Counted from the stretch's first letter, positions 28,827 through 39,466 are shown. The stretch: DNA of 64,000 nucleotides from an uncultured Actinomycetota bacterium (GCA_963753435.1 CAVWCF010000001.1:1344001-1408000), one strand, 5' to 3'. Made by a program: numbers and translations. Notes: a model not told the origin generated them from the sequence alone.

Positions 28827-29515
28827 GTACCTGGTGGGTCGTGCAGCACGTCCCCTACGAGGCGCCCGGGCTCATCGCTGACGTCGTCGCGGGCGGCGGT
28901 GACGAACTGCGGCTGTGGCCGACGTGGGCGGGTCAGACACCCACCGTCGCCGACTGGGATGCGCAGGCGCCGGACGCCTTCGTGGTCATGGGCGGGCCGA
29001 TGAGCGCCGGGGACGACGACGAATACCCCAACCTCGCCATCGAGCGGGACCTGTTGCGCCGGGGCGTGGCCGAACAGGTGCCGGTGCTCGGGATCTGTCT
29101 GGGTGCGCAACTGCTCGCTGCGGCCACCGGCGCGGAGGTTTACCGCGGCCCCACCGACGAGCTCGGGCCGGGCTCGGTGACGTTGACCGAGGCCGGGATC
29201 AGCGACCCAGTGCTGGCTGCAGCCAGCCTGGCCGAGGTTCCGGTGATGCACTGGCACCACGACACGTTCGACCTACCGGACGGCGCGGTGCACCTTGCCC
29301 GGTCGTCGCAATACGAGAACCAGGCGTTCCGCGTCGGGTCGTCCGCCTACGGCCTGCAGTTCCACGTGGAGGCGTCACCGGCGTGGGCCGAGGCGGTTAG
29401 CCCGAAACTGCCCCCCGGCATCGCCCTTACCGCTGGGGACGTCGATCGCATCTCGGGGCCGGGCCGACTCATCCTTGCGGCATTCGCGCAACTGGTCCGG
29501 ACTGAGCCGCGCTGA
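28823..29515 (+). CDS. Class I glutamine amidotransferase
   Basis: VMGGPMS, LGICLGAQ, HWHHD and QFHVE; GTGA overlap with bpa. Confidence 0.88.
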   Translation: MSTWWVVQHVPYEAPGLIADVVAGGGDELRLWPTWAGQTPTVADWDAQAPDAFVVMGGPMSAGDDDEYPNLAIERDLLRRGVAEQVPVLGICLGAQLLAAATGAEVYRGPTDELGPGSVTLTEAGISDPVLAAASLAEVPVMHWHHDTFDLPDGAVHLARSSQYENQAFRVGSSAYGLQFHVEASPAWAEAVSPKLPPGIALTAGDVDRISGPGRLILAAFAQLVRTEPR

Positions 29516-29996
29516 TTCGCACCGCGAGGTACGGGGAGAACCAGCCTCGGTACTTCGCCTGCAGATTCGGATCGCGCCAGTCGTTGCCCGTAACGAGCCC
29601 TCGACAGGTGCTCGCGCCGCACCCGCAGGCGAATTCGTCGTAGTCGGTGCCGTCGCACATGGCGTAGTCGAAAGTGATCTCCTCGCCGACGGCGATGTCA
29701 CGCATCGCGACCACGACCACGCCGCCGCGCAGCCCGCAGTTGGGTTCGCAGGAGTGGTTCACCATGTCACCGGGCTCGGGCTGCTCGGCCGACAACATGA
29801 ACAGGTTGTCATCGATCTGAATGGATCTGCCTTGTCGCTCCTCCGGGAGGGTCCGGAATACGTCACCGCCGACGACGTGCCCACCGAAGGCAGCGACCGT
29901 CGTACCCGCGGGGATCGACGTCTGGGCGAAGGATCCCCAGCCCTTGTCGCCACTGGGGCTCGCCTGGCACAGCGGACTCAACCAGTTCAGGTCCAT
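29469..29996 (-). CDS. SET-domain methyltransferase with post-SET zinc motif
   Basis: KGWG.FA, NHSCEPN, GEEITFDY and CGCGASTCRG. Confidence 0.9.
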   Translation of the reverse strand: MDLNWLSPLCQASPSGDKGWGSFAQTSIPAGTTVAAFGGHVVGGDVFRTLPEERQGRSIQIDDNLFMLSAEQPEPGDMVNHSCEPNCGLRGGVVVVAMRDIAVGEEITFDYAMCDGTDYDEFACGCGASTCRGLVTGNDWRDPNLQAKYRGWFSPYLAVRISAAQSGPVARMPQG

Positions 29997-30796
29997 CAGT
30001 TCTCCATCACCGAAAGCAGCTCCTCCAGTTGGGCTGCGACACCATCTTCAGTCACCGGGGCAACGGTCGCGTCGGCGACCCGTTGCGCGGCCAGGTGGCC
30101 ATCGGCCATGGCGTAGGAGCGGCCGGCCCAGGCCAGCATCTCTACGTCGTTGAGCCCGTCGCCGAAGGCGACCACTTCGGCTGCGTCTATCCCCCACTCG
30201 TCGGCCACGACTTGCAGGGTGTGGGCCTTGGTGACGCCGGGGGCGGAGACCTCGATCAGCCCCTCGTTGTCACCGACCGAGTGCGTCACCTGTGCCAATC
30301 CGGCCAGCACCGGCTCCACCAACGCGTGCATCTCGTCACCGGTCAGGTCATCGCGCACCAGGAGTTTGCCGATCGGTACTGAGAGCAACTCCTCGATCGG
30401 CGCCACCCGGGTATCCGGCGGCGGCGGCCAGTACGGGCGGTAGTCCGGCGCGTGCGCGTACTCCTCACCCGTCTCGATCGCGAAGGCGGCACGCGGCAGC
30501 ACCGAACGGACCCGCTCCACCGATTCGGTGGCGGCAGCAACCGACAACGGGAACCTCTCGGTGATCCGCTCGGCGTGCAGGTCGTAGACGAAAGCCCCGT
30601 TGCCGCAGACAGCAGTACCGCGATGCCCGGTGGCCTCGACGACCGGGTGCATCCAGCGCGGCGGGCGACCGGTCACGATTACCAGACGCAAGCCCGCCGC
30701 CTCCACGGCGCGCAGCGCGGCCACCATCCGCGGCGACATCGACCCGTCGGGACGCACGACGGTGCCGTCGAGATCCGTCGCGATCAGACGAATCAC
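29996..30796 (-). CDS. Cof-type HAD-IIB hydrolase
   Basis: ATDLDGT, TGRPPRW and AFGDGLND. Confidence 0.92.
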   Translation of the reverse strand: MIRLIATDLDGTVVRPDGSMSPRMVAALRAVEAAGLRLVIVTGRPPRWMHPVVEATGHRGTAVCGNGAFVYDLHAERITERFPLSVAAATESVERVRSVLPRAAFAIETGEEYAHAPDYRPYWPPPPDTRVAPIEELLSVPIGKLLVRDDLTGDEMHALVEPVLAGLAQVTHSVGDNEGLIEVSAPGVTKAHTLQVVADEWGIDAAEVVAFGDGLNDVEMLAWAGRSYAMADGHLAAQRVADATVAPVTEDGVAAQLEELLSVMEN

Positions 30797-32067
30797 TGGC
30801 TCGTTGGCTCCAGCAGGTCGCGCCCCAGCAGCGGCTGCAACGCAGCTGGGACCCGGACCGAGCCGTCGGCGTTCTGGTGGTTCTCCAACAACGCCACGAT
30901 CGTGCGGGGTATGGCCACGAGCGTGCCATTCAGCGTCGCGACCGGGCGGGTCCCCGACTCCTCGCGCATGCGCACCCGCAGCCGCCGGGCCTGGAACTCG
31001 GTGCAGTCCGATGTGGACGTCACCTCCCGGTATTTGCCCTGGGTCGGGATCCAGGCCTCGCAGTCGAACTTGCGTCGCGCCGATGCGCCCAGGTCTCCGG
31101 TGGCAACGTCGATGACCCGATAGGGCAGTTCGAGCGCATCCAGGAACTGCTGTTCCCAGGCGAGCAACCGTTGGTGCTCGCTGTCGGTGTCGTCGGGATG
31201 GCAGAAGCTGAACATCTCGACCTTGTCGAACCAGTGAACTCGGAAGATGCCCCGGGTGTCCTTGCCGTGGCTTCCGGCTTCACGCCGAAAGCAGGGTGAG
31301 AACCCGGCGTAGCGCAGCGGAAGCCGCTCAGCGTCGAGGATCTCGTCCATGTGGTACGCCGCAAGTGGCACCTCGGCGGTTCCGACCAGGTACAGGTCAT
31401 CGTCCGGCAGCGCGTACACGTTCTCCGCGGCCTGGCCGAGGAAACCGGTCCCCTCCATGGCCGCCGAGCGAACCAATGCCGGTGGGATGACCGGCACGAG
31501 ACCGGCCGCGGCGGCCTGCTGCATGGCCAGATTCACCAACGCCAACTCCAGCTGGGCGCCGACACCGGTCAGGTAGTAGAAGCGTGACCCCGACACCTTG
31601 GCGCCGCGCTCGATGTCGATGGCGCCGAGCAGCCGGCCCAGGTCGACGTGGTCGCGGGGAGCGAAACCCTCGGCCTCGAAGTCGCGGATGCGGCCGTGTT
31701 CGCCCAGCACGACGAAGTCCTCTTCGCCGCCGCGAGGCGCATCCGGGTGCACGAGGTTGGACGGCACCAACGCCAGCTCGTCGAACTGGACGGTTGCCGC
31801 CTCGCGTTCGGCCTCGGCCTGCTTGACCTGATCGGCGAGGGACTTCGCGGTATCCAACAGGGCTTGCTTGTCCGCACCGGATGCCTGCGCGACCTGCTTG
31901 CCGATGCTCTTCTGCTGGCTGCGCAGTTCATCGAACCGGGTGCCCGCCGCCCTGCGGGTCACATCCGCGGCGATCAGCGCATCAACGACGCCTGGGTCCT
32001 CGCCGCGGGCGGCCTGAGAGTCGCGAACGACCTGCGGGTCGTCTCGGTAGATACGCGGGTCCAGCAC
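30793..32067 (-). CDS. serS: Serine--tRNA ligase
   Basis: [39 protein letters not shown] and TLNGT..PRT. Confidence 0.97.
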   Translation of the reverse strand: MLDPRIYRDDPQVVRDSQAARGEDPGVVDALIAADVTRRAAGTRFDELRSQQKSIGKQVAQASGADKQALLDTAKSLADQVKQAEAEREAATVQFDELALVPSNLVHPDAPRGGEEDFVVLGEHGRIRDFEAEGFAPRDHVDLGRLLGAIDIERGAKVSGSRFYYLTGVGAQLELALVNLAMQQAAAAGLVPVIPPALVRSAAMEGTGFLGQAAENVYALPDDDLYLVGTAEVPLAAYHMDEILDAERLPLRYAGFSPCFRREAGSHGKDTRGIFRVHWFDKVEMFSFCHPDDTDSEHQRLLAWEQQFLDALELPYRVIDVATGDLGASARRKFDCEAWIPTQGKYREVTSTSDCTEFQARRLRVRMREESGTRPVATLNGTLVAIPRTIVALLENHQNADGSVRVPAALQPLLGRDLLEPTSQ

Positions 32068-32097
32068 AGCGGGACCCTACCGGCGGTGTCGGCGGAC

Positions 32098-33024
32098 TCA
32101 GTCGGCCCGCAGGCCCCGCAACCACTGCCGCGCCGAGGTGTAGTCCTCATCCCGCACTCGCCGGGTCAAGGTCGGGGTGGCCCCGTCGGAGCGCGCGTAG
32201 GAACCCAGGTACCGGACGTCCTGACAAACCCGGCGCAATCCCATCAGCGCCTCACCCATGCGCTCATCGAGCAGGTGTCCTTCAGCGTCGACGCTGAAGA
32301 AGTAGGAGCCCAACCGACCACCGGTGGGGCGGGATTCGATCCGAGTCAGGTTGATCCCGCGTACGGCGAACTCGGTGAGGATCTCCAGCAGCGCACCGGG
32401 GTGGTCGTCGCCCATGAACAGCGCCAACGTCGTCGTGTCCGCCCCCGTGGGCGCCGGCGGCGGCCCAGCCGGCCGCACGAGAACAAAGCGCGTCTCCGCG
32501 CCGGCGGTGTCGCCGATGTCCTCGGCCAGCACCTCAAGTCCGTAGACCTCGGCCGCAAAGGGCGAGGTGACCGCAGCCTCCGCGTGCGGCTGTTCCTCGA
32601 CCACGTCGATGGCCGCAGCCGCGTTGGAGGCTGCGGGCACGACGGTTGCTTGCGGCATGTGAGTGGCCAGCCAGGCCCGGGTCTGCGCCTCGGCGTGCGG
32701 ATGTGCGGCGACCTTGCGGACCTGCGCCAACTCCCGGCCGGCGACACTGGCCAGGCAGAAGGTGACCGGCAGTCGAATCTCCTGGGCGATGACCAGGGAC
32801 CGATCGCCGACCGCCAGCCCGTCGACTGCGGCTGCTACGGCGCCCTCAACGCTGTTCTCCAACGGGATCATGGCCGCGTCGACTTCGCCGCCGCGAACCG
32901 CCGCAAGGGCAGCGGGGACCGTGGCGAACGGGACCAGTTCGGCCGAGTCAGTGGAAGCTGCCGCCAGGAGCGCGGCCTCCGCGTAAGTGCCCGCCGGGCC
33001 CAGGTAGCCGTACACGTCAGCCAC
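32098..33024 (-). CDS. pheA: Prephenate dehydratase
   Basis: YLGPAGT, PLENSVEG, TRF and NLTRIESRP. Confidence 0.95.
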   Translation of the reverse strand: MADVYGYLGPAGTYAEAALLAAASTDSAELVPFATVPAALAAVRGGEVDAAMIPLENSVEGAVAAAVDGLAVGDRSLVIAQEIRLPVTFCLASVAGRELAQVRKVAAHPHAEAQTRAWLATHMPQATVVPAASNAAAAIDVVEEQPHAEAAVTSPFAAEVYGLEVLAEDIGDTAGAETRFVLVRPAGPPPAPTGADTTTLALFMGDDHPGALLEILTEFAVRGINLTRIESRPTGGRLGSYFFSVDAEGHLLDERMGEALMGLRRVCQDVRYLGSYARSDGATPTLTRRVRDEDYTSARQWLRGLRAD

Positions 33025-33514
33025 GAGCGACTCCCTTGTACGCGTGGTCTACCGCCTGCTGTTCTTCCGGCGACAGCTCCACGTCACCGCGGCCGCCGAT
33101 GACGCCGCGGGCGTACGACCGTGACTCGGTGCGTCCGGAGATCGACGTGAGCACCAGTCCGTCGCCGGCGTCGTCGAGCAGCGCGACTGAGAACGAGAAC
33201 CGCCCACCCATGTCGCCGAATGCGTCGTAGCGCACCACAGCCACGTGCCGGATGGCAGCTGAAAGGTCGGTACGCAAGGACCGGGTGTCCACCGTCAGGG
33301 CCGCGACCTCGGAACGCAGCGCGGCCACCTGCTCGCCCTGCCGACTCACTGCCTCCAGGAACGTGCGCCCGTCGCCGGCGTCGTCGAGCACCGTGAGCGC
33401 TCGGCGCAAGCGCGCCGAGCGGATGCTGCTGATCAGCGCAACCAGGACGGCCAGTACCGCAAGCGCTATTGCGACGACAGCGAGGATCGACAGCGTCTGG
33501 TCATCAAGCGTCAC
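33017..33514 (-). CDS. DUF4446-like membrane-anchored coiled-coil protein
   Basis: VVRYDAFGDMGG..SFSVALLD..GDG and LSPEE. Confidence 0.85.
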   Translation of the reverse strand: MTLDDQTLSILAVVAIALAVLAVLVALISSIRSARLRRALTVLDDAGDGRTFLEAVSRQGEQVAALRSEVAALTVDTRSLRTDLSAAIRHVAVVRYDAFGDMGGRFSFSVALLDDAGDGLVLTSISGRTESRSYARGVIGGRGDVELSPEEQQAVDHAYKGVARG

Positions 33515-33581
33515 AAGCGTTCTCCTGGCGGCGGCTGAGCCGTTGGGGGCCGCTCAGGGTAGCCGGACGACCGGAGCCGGA

Positions 33582-33692
33582 ACGGCGATCAGCGGGGCCG
33601 AAGCGACGTCTCGCCAGGCCCCGCTGATCGACTCCTCCAGAGGGAAGAGAGGCCCGAACGCCGCCGACGGGGGACACAACGACGTCCGGGCA
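33582..33692 (-). ncRNA. Candidate small RNA with C-rich loops (6C/F6-like architecture)
   Basis: -10 TACGGT at 33698-33703; 15-bp stem with loop UGUCCCCCGU whose four G-U pairs exist only on the minus strand; a 7-bp hairpin; a 14-bp terminal hairpin. Confidence 0.6.
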
Positions 33693-33743
33693 GCTTCACC
33701 GTAGGGTTTCCGGGGCCTCTTGCGCCAACTATTTGCGCCGTTT

Positions 33744-34136
33744 CTAGCGAGGAATCGAGACCGTGACCTCGGTCTGAGCGGGCCCGGAGCAGCGCACAGT
33801 GAGCCGGCCGACGCGGCTGGCCAGCCAAAGTCCGACTCCCGAGGTCGCCCCCGGCGGCGGGGCGTGCTCCGGTGCGCCGAACCCGGTAGCGCAACCGCCG
33901 TCACGGACAGCAACGCGGACGCGATGGTGAGACCAACGGGCTTCCAGGCGGACGGTTCCGTCCGGCAGCGCCCGTCCGTGCAGCGCCGCGTTGGCCAGGA
34001 GCTCGCCCGCAGCCAGTTCGGCGTCCCGGGTCGAGGGTTCAGCGACGCCGTTTGCGGTTAGCGCCTCGACGAGGCGCCGCCTGGTCGCTGCGACCGTCTC
34101 CGGCCCGTGGGCGGGGGTCAGCAGCAGTCGCGTCAC
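33744..34136 (-). CDS. HATPase_c anti-sigma-like ATP-binding protein
   Basis: DAELAAGELLANAALHG, VAVRDGG and SGVGL. Confidence 0.85.
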   Translation of the reverse strand: MTRLLLTPAHGPETVAATRRRLVEALTANGVAEPSTRDAELAAGELLANAALHGRALPDGTVRLEARWSHHRVRVAVRDGGCATGFGAPEHAPPPGATSGVGLWLASRVGRLTVRCSGPAQTEVTVSIPR

Positions 34137-34954
34137 GGAGGGTTATCTACCCCATTTGGGCTCGCGCCAAACCCCCGGTCGGCCAGGACCTGCAGGACCC
34201 GGTCGGGGCGATTGCTGATCAGCGCGTCGACCCCCAGGTCCACCGCCCACTCGATGTCCGCCGCATCGTCGACCGTCCAGACGTGCACCTGCCCGCCCGA
34301 CGCGTGCACTCGGCGCACGTAGTGGGGGTTGGTACGCAGGGCGGCCAGCGACGGCCCGGCAGCCGCCACCCGTCCGGGCAACGCACCACGACGCAGCCGC
34401 CAAGGCAACTCCTTCATCAGCAACACGGTGGGCAACGCCGGCGCCAGGCGGTGGACCCGGCGCACGGCGGCCAGGGAGAAGGACATGACCCGCACCAGGG
34501 ACGCCTCCGGATCCTCCGGTCGGGCCAGCCCGAAGTCCTCCAGGACTTCGACCAGGCGCTCCTCCACGTATCCGCCGTAGCGGGTGGGGTGCTTGGTCTC
34601 GATCGCCAACCGGACCGGTCGGGACGCTGTGGTGGCCTCGGTCAGCAAGCCCGCCAACGTCAGTACCTCCGTTGGTGCGGCCGGGTCCTCGTAGTCGGCC
34701 ATGTCCTCGCGGTGCGCACCGAAGTCCAGTTCCGCCAACTCGTCCAGGCGCATGGTGGACACGACGCCGCGTTCTTGCGCGAGACGGTCGGTACGTCGGT
34801 CGTGCACGCAAACGGGCACCCCGTCGGCGGTCAACCGAACGTCCACCTCGATTCCGTCGACACCCGCCGCGATCGCGTGCCGCACGGCCGACAGGGTGTT
34901 CTCCGGTCGCTCGCTGGAGAACCCGCGGTGGGCGATGACTTCGGGCCGCTTCAT
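34133..34954 (-). CDS. Glycerophosphodiester phosphodiesterase
   Basis: AHRG, PENT, EVDVRLTADG..VCVHD and HVWTVD. Confidence 0.92.
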   Translation of the reverse strand: MKRPEVIAHRGFSSERPENTLSAVRHAIAAGVDGIEVDVRLTADGVPVCVHDRRTDRLAQERGVVSTMRLDELAELDFGAHREDMADYEDPAAPTEVLTLAGLLTEATTASRPVRLAIETKHPTRYGGYVEERLVEVLEDFGLARPEDPEASLVRVMSFSLAAVRRVHRLAPALPTVLLMKELPWRLRRGALPGRVAAAGPSLAALRTNPHYVRRVHASGGQVHVWTVDDAADIEWAVDLGVDALISNRPDRVLQVLADRGFGASPNGVDNPP

Positions 34955-34969
34955 CAACTCCGACCGCCC

Positions 34970-36256
34970 TCAGCCGACCAGCACGCCCGGGTTCAGCAAC
35001 CCGTTCGGATCCAGCGCCGTCTTGATGGAACGCATCGCTTCGATCTCCGCTTCGGATCGGGTCATCGACAAGTACTGGCGCTTGGCCCGGCCCACACCGT
35101 GCTCGGCGCTGATGGATCCACCCGCGGCCGCAACCGCCTGCAGGACTGCGGCGTCGACCGATTCATCGTCAGCGTCCGGTCCCAGCACGTTGACGTGCAG
35201 GTTGCCCACACCCAGGTGCCCATAGACGAAAGCCTGCGCCGGCGGCGGGGCCACCTGGGGCAAGGACGCCACGAAACCGGCCAACGCCACCAGCGGCAAC
35301 GCCACGTCCATCTTGTGCACGACCCCGGTAGCCGCGATCGCCTCCGGTGCGCTCTCGCGGTACTGCCACAACCGCACGTCGCCGGCGACCGCGTCGATCG
35401 AGTCCGGCACTCGCGGCGTCCCGACAACGTCAAGAAGTACATAGCCCGGCCAGTGCCTGGACAGCGGATCCGGCAGGCCAGTCACCTGCTGGGTGATGCG
35501 CAGAGTCGCGTCGTCGAAGTACTCCGCTGCCAAGAGTGCGGGCTGGTCCAAGAGGTCGAGTGCCGCATCGATGCCGGCGACGCCGGCCAGCACGAGCGTC
35601 GATTTCGGTGGCGGTGGCACGAGTCGCAACCGGGCCGCGGTGATGACACCGAGAGTGCCTTCGTTGCCGACCATGAGCCCGGCCAGGTCGTAGCCGGAGG
35701 AATCGACCAGCGGTCCGGCGGTGCTGTCGATGAGCGAACCATCGGCGAGCACCGCCTGCACGCCGCTCACCTGCGCGCGCGTGTCCCCGTACGCAAGCAC
35801 GCGTAGACCGCCGGCGTTGGTCGCCAGCGTTCCGCCGACGGTGGCGGAGTCGCGGGCCCCGAGATCCACCCCGTAGCGAAGCCCGGCCGCGGTGGCGTGG
35901 CGTTGCAGGGCCGACAGCGTCTCGCCGGCGCCCGCCACGACGCTGCGAGCGCGGGTGTCGACCTCACCAAGACCAGTCAGTCCCCGCAGGCTCAGCACCA
36001 CCTGCGGACGGCCGTTGTCGGCCCCTGGCACAGCGGCTCCCACCAGGCCGGTGTTGCCGCCCTGCGGGATGACGGCTGCGGCGTGGTCGGCACAGACGGA
36101 CAGCACGGCGGCCACCTCGTCGGCGGTCTGCGGTCGCGCCACCGCGACAGCCGGACCGCTGAACCGCCGGGTCCAGTCCGTTGTGTAGCCAGCGACCACA
36201 GCCGGGTCGGTCACGACGTCGCGAACCACGGCGCGCAGATCCGCAACCAGGTTCAC
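34970..36256 (-). CDS. FAD-linked oxidase (D-2-hydroxyacid dehydrogenase-like)
   Basis: PQGGNTGLVG, ATNAGG, GNEGTLGVIT, GHLGVGNLH and SISAEHGVG. Confidence 0.9.
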   Translation of the reverse strand: MNLVADLRAVVRDVVTDPAVVAGYTTDWTRRFSGPAVAVARPQTADEVAAVLSVCADHAAAVIPQGGNTGLVGAAVPGADNGRPQVVLSLRGLTGLGEVDTRARSVVAGAGETLSALQRHATAAGLRYGVDLGARDSATVGGTLATNAGGLRVLAYGDTRAQVSGVQAVLADGSLIDSTAGPLVDSSGYDLAGLMVGNEGTLGVITAARLRLVPPPPKSTLVLAGVAGIDAALDLLDQPALLAAEYFDDATLRITQQVTGLPDPLSRHWPGYVLLDVVGTPRVPDSIDAVAGDVRLWQYRESAPEAIAATGVVHKMDVALPLVALAGFVASLPQVAPPPAQAFVYGHLGVGNLHVNVLGPDADDESVDAAVLQAVAAAGGSISAEHGVGRAKRQYLSMTRSEAEIEAMRSIKTALDPNGLLNPGVLVG

Positions 36257-36357
36257 GGCCGCAAGTCTGGCGGAAACTTGCACCTGGGTACGCGCACTGC
36301 CATTCCCGCACGCCGTACCAGCACGTTGCGGCAGGGTGAGACCGGAAAGGGGCGGCG

Positions 36358-37272
36358 ATGCGTTTCGGAATGGTGGGACTCGGGCGGATGGGCGCGGGGT
36401 TGTCCCGCCGAGCTGCCCAGGGCGGTCACGAGGTGGTGGCGTTCGACCAGGACGAGTCGGTGCGAGCCGCGCTGGGCGCCGAATCGAACATCGAGACGGT
36501 GGCATCGCTGTCGGCACTCGTTACCGCCTTGCCGCAGCCGCGGACTGTCTGGTTGATGCTGCCGGCCGGGGAAATCACCGAGTCCGTGCTGCGCCAGGTC
36601 GCGGACCTGCTCGGTCGCGGTGACCTGATCATCGAAGGGGGCAACTCCCACTACCCGGACTCCCAACGGCGCGGCCAGGAACTGGCCGAACGCGGAATCA
36701 GTTTCGTGGACGCCGGGGTGTCCGGTGGGGTCTGGGGTCTGACCGAGGGCTTCGGTCTCATGGTCGGCGGCAGCGCACAGTCGGTGGCGCACGTGGAACC
36801 CCTGCTACGCAGCCTGGCCCCCACTCCCGACACCGGCTGGGTGCACGCTGGCGATGTCGGCGCCGGGCACTTCACGAAGATGGTGCACAACGGCATCGAG
36901 TACGGGCTCATGCAGGCCTACGCCGAAGGCTTCGCTGTCCTGCAGGCCAAACCCGAGTTCGACATCGACGTGGCCGCGGTCGCCGAGGCCTGGCGCTACG
37001 GGACGGTGATCCGGTCGTGGCTGCTGGATCTGATGGCGCAGGCGCTGTCCGCCGACGACCTGGACGAGATTGCCCCGGTCGTGGCCGACTCCGGGGAGGG
37101 TCGGTGGACGGTCAAGGAGTCGGTGGACCTTGGCATTCCCGCACCGGTCATCAGCGCCGCGTTGACGGCACGGTTCGCCAGTCAGGGCGATGCGGACCTG
37201 GCCAATCGCCTGCTTGCCGCCACCCGTCGCGGCTTCGGCGGCCATGCCGTCATGCCGGAGCCGCCGGACTGA
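36358..37272 (+). CDS. gnd: 6-phosphogluconate dehydrogenase, short form
   Basis: GLGRMG, DAGVSGGVWG, KMVHNGIEYG, DSGEGRW and FGGH. Confidence 0.93.
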   Translation: MRFGMVGLGRMGAGLSRRAAQGGHEVVAFDQDESVRAALGAESNIETVASLSALVTALPQPRTVWLMLPAGEITESVLRQVADLLGRGDLIIEGGNSHYPDSQRRGQELAERGISFVDAGVSGGVWGLTEGFGLMVGGSAQSVAHVEPLLRSLAPTPDTGWVHAGDVGAGHFTKMVHNGIEYGLMQAYAEGFAVLQAKPEFDIDVAAVAEAWRYGTVIRSWLLDLMAQALSADDLDEIAPVVADSGEGRWTVKESVDLGIPAPVISAALTARFASQGDADLANRLLAATRRGFGGHAVMPEPPD

Positions 37273-37978
37273 GCGCAGCCTGGTCCGTAACGAGTACCGC
37301 GCCCGGTGGGATCACCTGGGCAGCGATGCTGCCCGGATCGGACGCGAGCAGCGCGGCGACGGCGTCGGTCTTGCCAGGCCCCGTGGCCAGAACCACGCAG
37401 GTGCGCGCGGCCGACAGAACCGGTGCGGTCAGCGTCACCCGACGATGACCCCGGTAGGCGCCGGTGGCGGTAGCGAACTTCTGCCGCTCCAGCCGCGCCG
37501 GGTCGCCGGGGACGAGCGAGGCGGTATGCCCGTCATCGCCCAGCCCCAGGTGCAGCACGTCGAGCACCGGTGGGTCGCCGCCAACGCCGACGAGGGTCGC
37601 CGCGTAGGCAGCAGCGGATTCGTCCAGGTCCGAGCCGATGGGGATCAGATGCACCTGCCCGCTCGGGATCACGTCGATCAAGGGCAGCAACGAACTCGCG
37701 TTGCGCTCAGCGCTACCCGCGGCGACTTGACGCTCGTCGACCTGAAACAACTCGACCTCGGCAAAGGGCACGGGCAGCTCGGCTAGGTAGCGCAACATCG
37801 GCGCTGGGGTGCTCCCGCCGCTGACGGCCAGCAGCGCCCGGCCGCGCTCGGACACCGCGGCTACCAAAGCGTCGGCGAGCAATTCGGCCGCGACCGCGGC
37901 CGCCGCATCCGCAGTGGGACAGGCAATAACGCTGCCCGGGGCCGTACTCATTGAGCCGTACTCATCGGGGCCTGTCAC
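37250..37978 (-). CDS. pgl: 6-phosphogluconolactonase
   Basis: [22 protein letters not shown] and RVTLT. Confidence 0.9.
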   Translation of the reverse strand: MTGPDEYGSMSTAPGSVIACPTADAAAAVAAELLADALVAAVSERGRALLAVSGGSTPAPMLRYLAELPVPFAEVELFQVDERQVAAGSAERNASSLLPLIDVIPSGQVHLIPIGSDLDESAAAYAATLVGVGGDPPVLDVLHLGLGDDGHTASLVPGDPARLERQKFATATGAYRGHRRVTLTAPVLSAARTCVVLATGPGKTDAVAALLASDPGSIAAQVIPPGAVLVTDQAALSPAAPA

Positions 37979-39363
37979 TCGGCCGGTTCATGCCAGCCGC
38001 CCACATCAGCAGCCAGGGCGTCACCGGCTGACGGGCCCCAGGTGCCCTGCCGGTAGGAGTCCGGGGAGCCGGCGGCGCCGTCCAGCAGCGGGTCGACGAT
38101 GCGCCACGCCTCCGCAACAGCATCGGAACGGGCGAACAGGGTCTGGTCCCCGTCAAGGGCGTCCCCGATCAAGCGCTCGTAGGCAGTGGCATGTGCGGCG
38201 GAGTCGTCCACGGTGAGTAGTTCCACGTTGCGCCCGGCCATGTCCTCGCCGGGCCGCTTGACCCGGTTGCCAAGAGCGATCGTGATCCGATCCGGACCCA
38301 ACCGGAAGCGGACGTGGTTGGTGTCACGAGGCAGGGTCTCGTCGAACACCCGGTGCGGCGGCCGGTGGAAGGTGACCAGGACCTCGGTCGCGGTCACCGG
38401 TAGGCCCTTACCCGCGCGAACCAGGAAGGGCACCCCGGCCCACCGCCAGGAGTCGACGTTGAGGCGAACCGCTGCGTAGGTCTCGGTGTCCGATTCGGCC
38501 GCGACCCCGTCGACTTCGCGATAACCCTCGTACTGCCCACGCACGAGGTCAGCCGGTCCCGGTGCGGTGATGGCGCGCAACACCTTGACCCGTTCGTCGC
38601 GAACCGCGGCCGAGTCCATGCCCACCGGTGGCTCCATCGCCAGCAGGGAAACCACTTGCAGCAAGTGGTTCTGCACCACATCGCGCACCGCGCCGAGTTC
38701 CTCATACAGGGCGCCGCGGCCGCGAACCCCGAACGCCTCAGCCATCGTCACCTGCACGCTGGAGACATAGGTGCGGTTCCACAACGGTTCCCACACCGAG
38801 TTGGCGAACCGGAAGTACAGGAGGTTCTGCACCGACTCTTTGCCGAGGTAGTGATCGATCCGGAAGATCGACTCCTCGGCAAAGGCCCGGTGCAGCACTG
38901 CGTCCAACTCGCGCATCGAGTCGAGGTCGCGCCCGTACGGCTTCTCCACGACCACGCGGCCACCCCGGATCGCGTCGGCGGACTCCAAGTGCTCAACCAC
39001 GTCGTCGAACAGGCTTGGTGGGATGGCCAGGTAGAAGAGGGGCCGCTCGGCTTGCCCCAATGCCTGCCGCAGCCGCTCGAAAGTGGCCGGGTCGGAGTAG
39101 TCGCCCGCGACGAAGCGCAGGTTCTTCTCGATCTGGTCCAGGGCGTCGTTGTCCGGACTGCCGAACTCCGCGACGCTGTCGACGATGCGGTCGCGCAGCC
39201 AGGACTCCGACCGATCGCCGCGCGCGACGCCGATTATCGGGATGTCCAGGCGGCCGGCCTGCATGAGCGACTGCAACGCCGGGAAGATCTTTCGGTAGGA
39301 GAGGTCACCCGTGACCCCGAAAAGCACCAGGGCGTCACAAGAGCCACCGACCGACACGCTCAT
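37975..39363 (-). CDS. zwf: Glucose-6-phosphate dehydrogenase
   Basis: [28 protein letters not shown] and AYERL. Confidence 0.96.
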   Translation of the reverse strand: MSVSVGGSCDALVLFGVTGDLSYRKIFPALQSLMQAGRLDIPIIGVARGDRSESWLRDRIVDSVAEFGSPDNDALDQIEKNLRFVAGDYSDPATFERLRQALGQAERPLFYLAIPPSLFDDVVEHLESADAIRGGRVVVEKPYGRDLDSMRELDAVLHRAFAEESIFRIDHYLGKESVQNLLYFRFANSVWEPLWNRTYVSSVQVTMAEAFGVRGRGALYEELGAVRDVVQNHLLQVVSLLAMEPPVGMDSAAVRDERVKVLRAITAPGPADLVRGQYEGYREVDGVAAESDTETYAAVRLNVDSWRWAGVPFLVRAGKGLPVTATEVLVTFHRPPHRVFDETLPRDTNHVRFRLGPDRITIALGNRVKRPGEDMAGRNVELLTVDDSAAHATAYERLIGDALDGDQTLFARSDAVAEAWRIVDPLLDGAAGSPDSYRQGTWGPSAGDALAADVGGWHEPAE

Positions 39364-39466
39364 GGCCCGACCTTAGGACGGACCGGGTGCATCTGCCCGG
39401 GGCGCATTGCCGGAAGAAGGGGTGACAGCAAGGCCAACACGGCCCCTACCCCCTCCAGGAGCAACC

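Noticed and set aside
34052-35806. Long antisense ORFs (for example 34052..35806, 31648..33102, 13892..15541, 10706..12046)
   Set aside because: They are shadow frames of well-supported genes, expected in DNA of about 70% GC.
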